Source: Acidimicrobiales bacterium
GTDB taxonomy: Bacteria; Actinomycetota; Acidimicrobiia; Acidimicrobiales; SZUA-35
DNA length: 64,000 nucleotides
Direction: 5' to 3'
NCBI GenBank assembly: GCA_047638695.1
Contig: JBLINY010000005.1
Span: 28,075-92,074, forward strand
The translations under genes were made by a program, and so were the position numbers. Under the pieces are notes generated by a model that was given only the letters and a program-made list of their open reading frames with translations, was not told the origin of the DNA and searched no databases. How positions within the stretch are numbered: the stretch's first letter is position 1; the number at the start of each line of letters is the position of its first letter. Below, piece by piece: positions 1 to 8,773 of the stretch.

Positions 1-1
1 C

Positions 2-283
2 GTCGCCGAGCTCATCGGCGCCGCCACCGGCAACGTCGCTGCCATGTATGGCCTGAACAACGGACTCATCGCAGCGGGTCGGGACGCCGACCTGGTAATC
101 ATCGACGCCCCCGAGGGCGGCACGAAAGACTCGGCTCTCGCAGCGATGAAGAATGGCGACGTGTGCGCCATCGGGGCCGTCATTACTGACGGTGAGCCCC
201 GGTTCGTTGGCCGCAGCCGCAACACACCTCCGACGACCCGGCCAGTGACGGTCAGCCACTCGACCGTCTTGCACCAGTTCTAG
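2..283 (+). CDS. C-terminal fragment of an amidohydrolase-superfamily protein (5' end lies outside the window)
   Basis: The frame is open from the window edge (VAELIGAATGNVAAMYGLNNGLIAAGRDADLVIIDAP...). The G-x-x-ADLVIID pattern near the C-terminus is typical of metal-dependent amidohydrolases. Stop TAG at 281-283. Confidence 0.45.
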   Translation, partial: VAELIGAATGNVAAMYGLNNGLIAAGRDADLVIIDAPEGGTKDSALAAMKNGDVCAIGAVITDGEPRFVGRSRNTPPTTRPVTVSHSTVLHQF

Positions 284-307
284 TTCTCGTCTCAGGGCTG
301 TACTCAG

Positions 308-373
308 GTGAGTGAGTGAGTGAGTGAGTGAGTGAGTGAGTGAGTGAGTGAGTGAGTGAGTGAGTGAGTGAGT
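308..373. repeat. (GTGA)n tetranucleotide microsatellite, 16 full units plus GT
   Basis: Counted directly: perfect 4-nt periodicity from 308 to 373. It lies between the stop of the amidohydrolase fragment (283) and the stop of the ATPase pseudogene ORF (374-376). Confidence 0.97.
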
Positions 374-2034
374 CTATTGGCGCTGCGGTGCGAGGCCTGC
401 AGGAACTGAGAATCGCAGAACTCGAGACAAGAACCCGGCACGGACGCGGGCTACCTCAGGTGCGAGTGCAAGAAAAAGGCCAGGAAGGCCGATGCTGAAC
501 GTTCCGATAAGGGTGAGCTGGCGGGGCAAGAATGGGAACGGCGAGCCGATGACACTGATCAGTATGGTTAGCAGGACGGCATAGACCTCTTTGGTGACGA
601 ACAGATTGGCGACTCGTTCGACGTTGTTGATTACCTTGCGGCCTTCGTTCACGACGATGGGAAGTGTGGCGAAGGCGTCATCGGTGAGTACAAGATCGGC
701 GACAGATCTTGTCGTAGCGCTACCTGAACCCATCGCGATGCCAACGTCGGCATCTTTGAGCGCGAGCCCGTCGTTCACGCCGTCGCCGGTCATCGCCACG
801 ACATGGCCTCGTTGTTGCAACGCTTTGACCATCTGCTGCCTTTGGCGCGGCGGCACTCGACCGAAAACTGTTCCTGCCGTCAGTGACGCGCCGAGCAGCT
901 CTAGCGAGTCACTCAGCTCGCGGGCGTCGACCGGTGATCCAATTACCTGAAGGCCGGCGCGTTCGGCAATTGCAGCAACGGTGTCGTGGTTGTCTCCGGA
1001 AATGAGCTTGATGGTGACATCCTGATCGGCGAAATACCTCAGGGTGTCGGCCGCGTCGGCCCGGATTTTGTCCTCGAGTTCGATGATGGCCAATGTCTCG
1101 AGTCCGATGAGAAAGGTTCGATCACCTGAGTCGTCCAGCCCGGAGACGATCCGACAACTGCGGCGATAGCCGACATGGCGGCATTCGGCGCTTCGTCGGC
1201 AGCGGCCATCGCAGCCAGTGTTTCGTGCACGTCCGGTTCAGACCTGCCCGACAGTGAGTGCGTTGTTCCATAGGTGATGGCACCGGTTGTGATCGTGCCG
1301 GTCTTGTCGAGACAGAGAACATCAACGCGAGCCAACAGTTCGACGGTGGAGAGTTGGCTTGCCAGGGCGTTCCGTCGAGTCAATTCCAAGGTGCCGGCGA
1401 CAAACGCCAGACTCGTGAGCAGCACCAGCCCATCCGGCACCATGGCAACAGCCGCCGATGCCGACTGAGTCGTACGCATACGGCCGACTCCGGCGACGAC
1501 AAAGCTGCCCGAAAGCGCAGTGTCGCCGGAGTCTTTGGGCATCGGAAGTGATTCGCCTGTCAGCTGTGATTCATCGAGCAGAAGCCCCGTGGCGGCGATG
1601 ACCTTGCCGTCCACAGGTAGCTGGCCGCCGGTGTGAAAAAGGACGACATCGTCCATCACGATTTGTTCGATGTCGATCGTGATCTGAGAACCAGCTCTGA
1701 TGACCGTGGCCTCGGGTTCGGTAAGCACTTGAAGTCTGGCCAGTTCCCGCCGCGCCTTTACCTCCTGGGTGATGCCGAGGACGCTATTGGAGAACACCAC
1801 TCCCAGGAAGAGTCCGTCCTTCCAGTGGCCCGAGATGATGACGAGGACGAACAGAACGATCATGATCGCGTTGATCGGTGTGAGGACATTCGCCCGGACG
1901 ACCTGAGCCAGAGTTCGGCCTGGCGGGTCAGGGGCCGCGTTGACCTGCCCCGCCGCTTTGCGCTGCTTAACCTCGTGGTCGGTCAGTCCGAGGTCATCAT
2001 CGAGAGCACGGTCAGGGTCGTTCAGCGGCGCTGG
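374..2034 (-). pseudogene. Degraded P-type (E1-E2, CtpE-like) cation-transporting ATPase
   Basis: TGES and the DKTGTIT phosphorylation motif lie in ORF 1039..1863. The hinge motif MTGDGVNDGLALKDADVGIAMG lies in ORF 374..1093, which is in another frame, so the 1039-1093 overlap marks a frameshift. The N-terminal GLTDHEVKQRKAAGQVN...VVRANVLTPINAI reads on to 2034 with no ATG, GTG or TTG. Total capacity is about 550 codons versus about 800 for this family. Segments between TGES and the PDGL helix and between PFSSDSR and the hinge appear to be missing. Confidence 0.7.
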
Positions 2035-2079
2035 ATTTCAGATGCGGCGAACCCGGCGGGTGTTTGCAACACTCGCGTT

Positions 2080-3372
2080 ATGGGGATCGACTACGCATCA
2101 TTGATGAAGCGTGACCAGGTGCACGCGTCTCTGCTCACCGACCCGGAGGCGTTCGCAGAGGAAATGGAGCGCATCTTTGTCCAGGGTTGGGCGTTCGTGG
2201 CTCACGAGTCGGAGATACGTGAGCCGGGAGATTGGGTTACGGCCGAGCTCGGCACCGAGGCGGTGATCGCGGTGCGTGATCACGATGGCGGCGTCAACAT
2301 CTTGGCCAATCGATGCGCACATCGGGGCACCGCCCTCTGTTGGGAACACAAAGGCAACGATTCCTCGCTTCGGTGTACCTACCACGCGTGGAACTTTGAT
2401 CTCGACGGCTCGGTCAAGGCCATCCCGTTCCCCAGTGGCTACGAAGATCCCTTGGCCTCGGTCAACCGAGACGAGTTCGCGCTCGATCGAGCCGGCCAAG
2501 TCGAGTCTTACCGCGGGTTTGTGTTCGCAAATCTGTCCGGCACGGCCGGACCGCTGAAAAACCATTTGGGACCGGCCGGCTTTGCATTGATCGACCGCCT
2601 TTGCGAGCTGAGTCCCACTGGCGAAATCGACTTGTCGGCTGGATGGGTTCGGCATCGGGTCCAGTCCAACTGGAAGCTGTGGCCCGAAAGCGATAGCGAC
2701 GGCTATCACGTGGGCTTTGTCCACGCCTCGATGGCCAGCACGACCGACAGTTATTACGACGATGTAGCCATCGGGGGTGACGCTGTGTCCAGCTCTCGTG
2801 CCGTCGACTGGGGGAAGGGCCACATCGAACTCGATTTTCGGCCTAGCTACAAAGCCGAACTGGCGTGGTTGGGGACGACAAGAGACAAGGTGTCCGGCTA
2901 TTGCGAAGCTCTAGAGGCTCGAGTCGGGGAGCCGAGAGCTGCTGAATTGCTGTGGAACGGTCCACCGCACGCGTTCCTGTTTCCAAATCTGTTCCTCGGC
3001 GAAATGGTTGTTGCCGTCGTCGATCCTGTGGCCCCTCGTGAGATGGTGCACCGACACACCGCGGTCCAATTCGAGGGCGTCGAGGAGTCCTTCAACCGGC
3101 GTTTGCTGAGGCAAACCGAGGCCGCGGTTGGGCCAGCATCGTTCATTACCAGTGATGATGCCATCACTGCCGAGCGGATTCAGACCGGTGTAGGCGGAAC
3201 TCGCTCCAGTTGGGCTGGAGACGATCGCGGCTGGATCGATCTGAGTCGGGGTCTACACCGTGAAGTCGTCGACGCCGATGGCACCCGTTCTGGTGATCTC
3301 TCTGACGAGACCACGAACCGTGGCTTCTGGCGCCGATACGCAGAGGTGATGGCAGAACGGGCCCCCGTGTGA
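2080..3372 (+). CDS. Rieske [2Fe-2S] ring-hydroxylating oxygenase, alpha subunit
   Basis: Rieske motif CAHRG...CTYHAW and the mononuclear-iron region DGYHVGFVH. The start is taken at ATG 2080 (MGIDYASL...), because the upstream part of ORF 1633..3372 is antisense to the ATPase remnant. Confidence 0.85.
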   Translation: MGIDYASLMKRDQVHASLLTDPEAFAEEMERIFVQGWAFVAHESEIREPGDWVTAELGTEAVIAVRDHDGGVNILANRCAHRGTALCWEHKGNDSSLRCTYHAWNFDLDGSVKAIPFPSGYEDPLASVNRDEFALDRAGQVESYRGFVFANLSGTAGPLKNHLGPAGFALIDRLCELSPTGEIDLSAGWVRHRVQSNWKLWPESDSDGYHVGFVHASMASTTDSYYDDVAIGGDAVSSSRAVDWGKGHIELDFRPSYKAELAWLGTTRDKVSGYCEALEARVGEPRAAELLWNGPPHAFLFPNLFLGEMVVAVVDPVAPREMVHRHTAVQFEGVEESFNRRLLRQTEAAVGPASFITSDDAITAERIQTGVGGTRSSWAGDDRGWIDLSRGLHREVVDADGTRSGDLSDETTNRGFWRRYAEVMAERAPV

Positions 3373-3914
3373 TGACGCTTCTGCCCTCAGACGAGGTGTT
3401 GGCCTTTCTCATCACCGAGGCCCGCTACGCCGACGAGTCAGCGCTTGATGAATGGGAGGCGCTGCTCACTGACGATTTTCACTACTGGGTGCCAAACGGA
3501 CCAATGCAGGGTGACCCGGCCAAGCAGCTCAGCTACATCAACGACAATCGTGCCCGCACTGCCACTCGTATTCGTCAGTTGAAGACGGGAAAGCGTTTGG
3601 CCCAGCTACCGCCGTCGCCGATGCGGCGGGTGCTCTCGAACATCGAGGTTCGAGAGATCATCGGATCAACAGCTGACGGATCGACAGCTGACGGATCAAC
3701 AGCTGACGGGTCGGCGGCGGGGGATGAACAGGTAGTCGAGGCCAACGTCGTGTTGTACGAAGTCGCCGCACAGTCGACCGGTGAGTTGAGAATCTGGCCT
3801 AGCCGGGTTCGCTACCGTCTTCGCCGAGTGGGCGGTGAACTCCGCTTGGCCGCCAAGTGGGTTGAGTTGGTGACCGCCGAGCTCGGTCAGCGAAATCTGA
3901 CGTTTCTGATCTGA
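3369..3914 (+). CDS. Ring-hydroxylating dioxygenase beta (small) subunit, NTF2/SnoaL-like
   Basis: 181 aa. The start (GTG 3369 or ATG 3372) overlaps the alpha-subunit stop. The pattern EARYADESALDEWEALLTDDFHYWVP...YINDNRARTATRIRQL is typical of beta subunits. Confidence 0.8.
   Translation: MMTLLPSDEVLAFLITEARYADESALDEWEALLTDDFHYWVPNGPMQGDPAKQLSYINDNRARTATRIRQLKTGKRLAQLPPSPMRRVLSNIEVREIIGSTADGSTADGSTADGSAAGDEQVVEANVVLYEVAAQSTGELRIWPSRVRYRLRRVGGELRLAAKWVELVTAELGQRNLTFLI
3663..3707 (+). repeat. In-frame 15-nt tandem repeat x3 (GSTAD)3 inside the beta-subunit gene
   Basis: ggatcaacagctgac / ggatcgacagctgac / ggatcaacagctgac, read directly from the sequence. Confidence 0.95.
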
Positions 3915-3960
3915 GCACCAGGCGTACCCCGGCCACCAAGCTCATGGTCGCTCGTTCCGG

Positions 3961-4512
3961 TTAGCTCCGGTCGGTTGAGTTGATGTAACGGTTGACCGCA
4001 GCTGCCCATCGTCGTTGGATCGTTTCCGGTGTTGACCCGAGGGTTCCCGAGCGTTCTTGATGATGGAGCCCGACGAGCAGGGCTATGAGCCCGATGGCGG
4101 TATCGGCGACCTGTTGAGAACGGCGTTCGGCTCCGATGAGCAGTACGACTTCGACTGTGAAGAGCCGAAGGATCTCCGAAGCGATGGCGAGCTGGGCCTC
4201 ACTTGGTGCGAAGTCGTCAAAGGGTCGCGAGTACATAAGGGCGATCAGGCGCGGGTGCCGGGCGCTGAAAGCTTGGTGAGCCCGGCAGAGCGCGAGCACG
4301 CGCGCCCCGGGAACATCGGAGAGGACGCTGCTGGACAAAGGATGGCTAATGGCCACCACGGGTGCCGAAACCCACAATCTCGCGGCAGCAGACGGGTCAA
4401 CCCTGATCGCTGTGGCTGAGGTCATCAAACCCGGACGGCATCTCGCCGTTGCTCGGGCCGAGGTCTTCAACAACTCCCTCGACGGCACCCGATGTCTGAC
4501 CGGATTGTTCAC
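3961..4512 (-). pseudogene. TetR/AcrR-family regulator remnant: C-terminal ligand domain only, no recognisable N-terminal HTH
   Basis: The C-terminal ~110 aa (CRAHQAFSARHPRLIALMYSRPFDDFAPSEAQLAIA...AIGLIALLVGLHHQERSG...) look like a TetR C-terminal (WHG-like) domain. The N-terminal 70 aa have no HTH character and lie antisense to a thioesterase-like fragment. Confidence 0.4.
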
Positions 4513-4552
4513 CGCCGTCGGTGTCGCTGTAGCGCCGAGGTCTACCGAGTGA
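4349..4552 (+). pseudogene. PaaI/hotdog-fold thioesterase C-terminal fragment
   Basis: DGSTLIAVAEVIKPGRHLAVARAEVFNNSLDGTRCLTGLFTAV matches the usual C-terminal strand pattern of PaaI-type thioesterases (G-x-L-x-A-x-A-x-V-x-x-x-GR-x-x-A-x-A-x-A-x-V). I found no matching N-terminal half in any frame upstream. Confidence 0.35.
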
Positions 4553-6197
4553 GCCAGCCGTGGGCCTGTGGCTTGCGCCCGGCTTTCGGATCGAGCCGGG
4601 CGTGGACGATGGCGGGTCCGTTCAGAGCGGCTGCATCGTCGAGTGCTTTCCGCAGATCGGCCGGATCCTCCACGTAAAAGCTCCCGGCCCCGAACGCTTC
4701 GGCGATCTTCTCGTAGCGGGCCGTTGGCAAATACATGTTGGGAGGCGGCGGGGCATCATCGGGGAGCTCAGACTCTCCGCCGCCGATGCCGTTGTTGTTC
4801 AGGATGACCACGATCACCGGGAGCTGATATCGGCAGATCGTTTCCATCTCCATGCCGCTGAACCCGAAGGCCGAATCACCCTGGACAGTCACGACCCGCT
4901 GGCCTGGATTGCAGACCGCAGCAGCGATGGCGAAACCGAGGCCGATCCCCATCGTGCCGTAGCTGCCGGCGTCGAGTCGGTGCCGAGGGTTGACGTTGGG
5001 CATCTGGGTGCGCCCGATGTCCATCGTGTTGGCACCTTCGCCGACGATGATGTCATCTGGTTCGAGCCACTCGGCAATGTCGCGGAAGGCCCGGTAGTAG
5101 TTCATCGGAGACGAATCGTCGGCTTGCATGCTGGCGACGGCCTCTTCATTGGCCGCGATCTTCTCGGCGATGGATCGGCGCCAAGGCGTATCGGCCGCAT
5201 AGCTCCATGGATCGTCGGCCAGTTCGGCATTGAACTGGCCCATGATGGCCCGGCCATCACCAACCAGCGCCACCTCTGCAGGGACGTTGTGGCCTATCTG
5301 CTCGGGATGAGAGTCGAGCTGAAGGACCTTCACGTTGGGGTTGAACCGTGGCGTACTGCCGAAGTGCATGATCCAGTTGAGGCGAGCCCCGGCAAGCAGA
5401 ATGACGTCAGCCTCTTCCAGTGCAAGAGATCGAGCGGCGCCGACAGATAACGGATGGTCGTCGGGAACCACGCCCTTTCCCATGGGTGAAGCGAGGAACG
5501 GGAGGTCGGTCCGGTCGACGAACTGACGAACTTCGTCCTCGGCCCGAGCCCACGCCATGCCCTTGCCGACAATAAGCAGCGGCTTCTCGGCTCCCTTGAG
5601 AACCTCGATCGCTCGCCGTACTGAGTCCGGTTCGGCATGGGTCCGGGGCGCTTCGCCGACCACGGCAGCAGTGCCGATCGTTGACTCATCCACTCTGCCA
5701 TCGATCACATCAGCCGGCATGTCGAGGTAGACGGGCCCGGGCCGCCCGAACAGCGAGGTACGGATGGCCTGCTCGACGTAGTACGGAATGCGATCGTGAG
5801 ACTCGACCCGGTGGGCGTACTTGCACCAGGGCTTGACCGCAGCCACCTGGTCTTCCTCCTGGAAGGCAGCCATGCCGTTCTGATCCGTCGGAGATGACCC
5901 GCCAATCAAGATCATCGGCCACAGGTTCTCCTTGGCGTTGGCCAAGCCAGAGAGAGCGTGAATGACACCCGGACCGGAAACCACGAGGCAACCTTGGGCC
6001 CGACCAGTCAGGTAGCCGGCTGCTTGAGCGGCATAGGAAGCAGACTGCTCGTTGCGCATGCCAATGAACGTGATGCCTTCCTTCTGCATGGCGACGGCGA
6101 TTGGCACAACAGGAAAGCCGACGATGCCGAACACGTAGTCGACGCCCTGCTGTTTGAGGTTGCGGGCCAGAATCCTGGCTCCGGAAATGTCAGTCAC
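4542..6197 (-). CDS. ThDP-dependent 2-hydroxyacyl-CoA lyase / oxalyl-CoA decarboxylase family enzyme (HACL1-like)
   Basis: GIVGFPV...IGMRNEQSASYAAQAAGYLTG...CLVVSGPGVIHALSGLANA...LIGGSS...FQEEDQ...GRPGPVYLDMPADV. ThDP motif GDSAFGFSGMEMET...VILNNNG. From memory the N-terminus resembles human HACL1 more closely than O. formigenes Oxc. Confidence 0.85.
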   Translation of the reverse strand: MTDISGARILARNLKQQGVDYVFGIVGFPVVPIAVAMQKEGITFIGMRNEQSASYAAQAAGYLTGRAQGCLVVSGPGVIHALSGLANAKENLWPMILIGGSSPTDQNGMAAFQEEDQVAAVKPWCKYAHRVESHDRIPYYVEQAIRTSLFGRPGPVYLDMPADVIDGRVDESTIGTAAVVGEAPRTHAEPDSVRRAIEVLKGAEKPLLIVGKGMAWARAEDEVRQFVDRTDLPFLASPMGKGVVPDDHPLSVGAARSLALEEADVILLAGARLNWIMHFGSTPRFNPNVKVLQLDSHPEQIGHNVPAEVALVGDGRAIMGQFNAELADDPWSYAADTPWRRSIAEKIAANEEAVASMQADDSSPMNYYRAFRDIAEWLEPDDIIVGEGANTMDIGRTQMPNVNPRHRLDAGSYGTMGIGLGFAIAAAVCNPGQRVVTVQGDSAFGFSGMEMETICRYQLPVIVVILNNNGIGGGESELPDDAPPPPNMYLPTARYEKIAEAFGAGSFYVEDPADLRKALDDAAALNGPAIVHARLDPKAGRKPQAHGWLTR

Positions 6198-6261
6198 TGG
6201 ATGCTTCTCCTGGATGTAGTCCGTCGTCTCCGACTCGTTCGATCGTTACGTTCCCGAGGGT

Positions 6262-7452
6262 TCAGTTGCTACGGATCACGGCTCGGTCTCGCAGTTCGGC
6301 CAGAGCATCGGGATCCAGTCCGAGATCGGTAGCAAGCACTTCGTTTGTGTGGGCACCCAGTGCCGGGGCGACCTCGAGGTCGACCTCACTGGCCGAGAGG
6401 CGCGGCGCCCACCCCAGCATCGGAACCTCGCCGTGTTCGGGGTGTTGAATCGTCTTCACGAAACCGCGCTCGACGAGATGCGGATCGGTGAGTACCTCGG
6501 CGGTGTCGAGCACCGGGCCACCGGGGACACCGGCTGCTTCCAGCTGCTCGGCGATCTCATGCTTTGAGTGTCGGATTGTCCACTGGCTGATTTCGGCTTT
6601 GAGCTCAGCGGTATTGGCGACTCTCGCTTCATTGGTGGCGAACCGTGGGTCCTCCGTCAACTCGCTTCGGCCCATGGCGGTGCAGAGGGCCACGAACATC
6701 TTTGGCGTGACCGCCATGATCATGGCGAAGTCATTCGGGCCGCCCCCGGCCGTCGGGTACAGGTTGTTGACGGCGAAGGCACCGTTCCCGTTTCGTGGCG
6801 CCGGGTTCTCGCCCCAACCAGGGGCCATCGAGATCCGGGTTCGCATGTAGTAGGTCATCGCCTCTTGCATGGAAATCTCGATCCGCTGGCCTTCACCCGT
6901 CCGGAGTTTCTGGACGTACGCGGCAACAATCGCCAACGCAAGCTGGACACCGGTGCCGGAGTCGCCGGTGGTCGGACCGGGTAACAGGGGCTCGCCGTCG
7001 GGGTAGCCGGTGGCCGACAGGGCCCCGGCTGCAGCCTGGGCCACACCGTCAAAGCACTTCCGGTCTGCGTAGGGCCCGGAGAGGCCGAAGCCCTTGACCG
7101 AGGCGTAGATGACCCCGGGGCTGACCTGTTTGATCACGTCGTACCCAATGTCGAGCTTCTCCACCACCCCCGGTCCATAGTTCTCCACGAACACGTCGAA
7201 CTGTGGGGCAAGCTGCAGCAACAGGTCGCGGCCGTCGGCCGTGGCCAGATCGATGGCGACGCTCCGCTTGTTGCAGTTCCAGTAGAAGAAGTAGTCCCTG
7301 GGCATGTCGGCGACCCCGCGGGCCGGATCGCCTGATCTAGGTGGCTCGATCTTCACCACGTCAGCGCCGAACCAGGCCAGTGCCTGTGTCGCTGCTGGGC
7401 CCGCCTCGTACTGAGTCAGGTCCAGAATTCGCAATCCATCGAGTGCCGGCAT
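6262..7452 (-). CDS. Family III (CaiB/BaiF, Frc-like) CoA-transferase
   Basis: N-terminal signature LDGLRILDLTQYEAGPAATQALAWFGADVVKIEPP. 396 aa. It lies directly upstream of the HACL-like gene on the same strand. Confidence 0.85.
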   Translation of the reverse strand: MPALDGLRILDLTQYEAGPAATQALAWFGADVVKIEPPRSGDPARGVADMPRDYFFYWNCNKRSVAIDLATADGRDLLLQLAPQFDVFVENYGPGVVEKLDIGYDVIKQVSPGVIYASVKGFGLSGPYADRKCFDGVAQAAAGALSATGYPDGEPLLPGPTTGDSGTGVQLALAIVAAYVQKLRTGEGQRIEISMQEAMTYYMRTRISMAPGWGENPAPRNGNGAFAVNNLYPTAGGGPNDFAMIMAVTPKMFVALCTAMGRSELTEDPRFATNEARVANTAELKAEISQWTIRHSKHEIAEQLEAAGVPGGPVLDTAEVLTDPHLVERGFVKTIQHPEHGEVPMLGWAPRLSASEVDLEVAPALGAHTNEVLATDLGLDPDALAELRDRAVIRSN

Positions 7453-7529
7453 CGGTCTCCCTTGTTCCCGTGGACCCTATGCGTTCGACCGAGTGCGTGC
7501 TGAGGGCCGAGTCAAGGCTGTGGGCGCGG

Positions 7530-8675
7530 TCACCGAACCGATCCCGCGTCCCGCAGCTGAGCGATCTCGTCAGCCCCGTAGCCGGCGTTGGCCAGAACAT
7601 CATCAGTGTCGGCCCCGGGATGGGCCGGCGGTCCCGATACAGCCGACGGCGTACGGTCGAAGCGCGGCGCGGGAGCCGGCTGCCGCACACCAGCAACATC
7701 GACGAACGTGTCGCGCTGTGTGTTCTGCGGGTGCTCATATGCCTCGGGAATCGTCAGCACCGGAGCGAAACAGACATCGGTTCCGTCCATGATCTCGCAC
7801 CATTCGGCTCGAGTCCGAGTGATGAAGATCTCGGCCATTTCCGCCCGACGTTCGGGCCAGCCGCCCTTGTAGCGCTGCGCGTCCCATTCGGGCCCCTCGC
7901 GGTCGGTCAGGCGAAGAAGTTCCGCGTAGAACTGAGGCTCGATCGAGCCGACCGAGATGTATTCGCCGTCGGCGCACTTGTACACCCCGTAGTAATGAGA
8001 GGCTCCGTCCAGCTGATTCTCGCCGCGAGGTCGTAGGGCGCCCTGATGTTGGGCACCGTGCATGGACGTCATCAACATGGCGGCACCGTCGACCATGGCG
8101 GCATCCACCGTCTGGCCCTGTCCCGACCGTTGGGCCTCGACCAGCGCGCCGAGGACTCCCATTGCCAGGAGCATCCCTCCACCCCCGAAGTCGCCGATGA
8201 GGTTGAGTGGCACGGTCGGTGGCTCATCGGGAGAGGTGCCGATATGGGCCAGACACCCGGCGAGAGCGATGTAGTTGATGTCGTGACCGGCCATCTGGGC
8301 ATAGGGGCCCTCCTGTCCCCAACCAGTCATGCGGCCGTAGACCAGACGGCTGTTTCGGGCCAAACAAACGTCGGGGCCAAGGCCCAGTCGTTCCATCACC
8401 CCGGGGCGGAAACCTTCGATGAGGGCGTCGGCTTCCCCGGCCAGGCGAAGGACGATCTCGATGCCGGAGGGAGACTTGAGATCAACTCCTATCGAACGAC
8501 GACCACGATCGAGCGGGCTGATGGGAGGTTCATCGGGAAACTCCTCAGGCACGTTCGAAGCCCGATCGATTCTGATCACGTCCGCCCCCATGTCGGACAA
8601 CACCATCCCGCAAAAGGGAGCAGGGCCAATCCCTTGGAGCTCGACGACGGTCATACCGGACAAAGGACCACTCAT
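7530..8675 (-). CDS. mcr: Alpha-methylacyl-CoA racemase-like family III CoA-transferase
   Basis: MSGPLSGMTVVELQGIGPAPFCGMVLSDMGADVIRIDR...GWGQEGPYAQMAGHDINYIALAG...LNLIGDFGGGGM...IEPQFYAELL follows the recalled M. tuberculosis Mcr sequence closely along its length. Confidence 0.8.
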   Translation of the reverse strand: MSGPLSGMTVVELQGIGPAPFCGMVLSDMGADVIRIDRASNVPEEFPDEPPISPLDRGRRSIGVDLKSPSGIEIVLRLAGEADALIEGFRPGVMERLGLGPDVCLARNSRLVYGRMTGWGQEGPYAQMAGHDINYIALAGCLAHIGTSPDEPPTVPLNLIGDFGGGGMLLAMGVLGALVEAQRSGQGQTVDAAMVDGAAMLMTSMHGAQHQGALRPRGENQLDGASHYYGVYKCADGEYISVGSIEPQFYAELLRLTDREGPEWDAQRYKGGWPERRAEMAEIFITRTRAEWCEIMDGTDVCFAPVLTIPEAYEHPQNTQRDTFVDVAGVRQPAPAPRFDRTPSAVSGPPAHPGADTDDVLANAGYGADEIAQLRDAGSVR

Positions 8676-8773
8676 GGAAGAAACCTAGGGAGCAGAGTTA
8701 TCCCCGGCAAGCCCGTCGGCTCGATCTTCGTCAGAACTGGGCCGCCGACCAGGGTGAACTAGCGTCGGCTTTG

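Noticed and set aside
1633-2079. 5' extension of the Rieske oxygenase ORF (MKKDDIVHHDLFDV...).
   Set aside because: This part is antisense to the conserved N-terminal region of the P-type ATPase remnant and has no oxygenase homology. ATG 2080 gives a normal alpha-subunit N-terminus.
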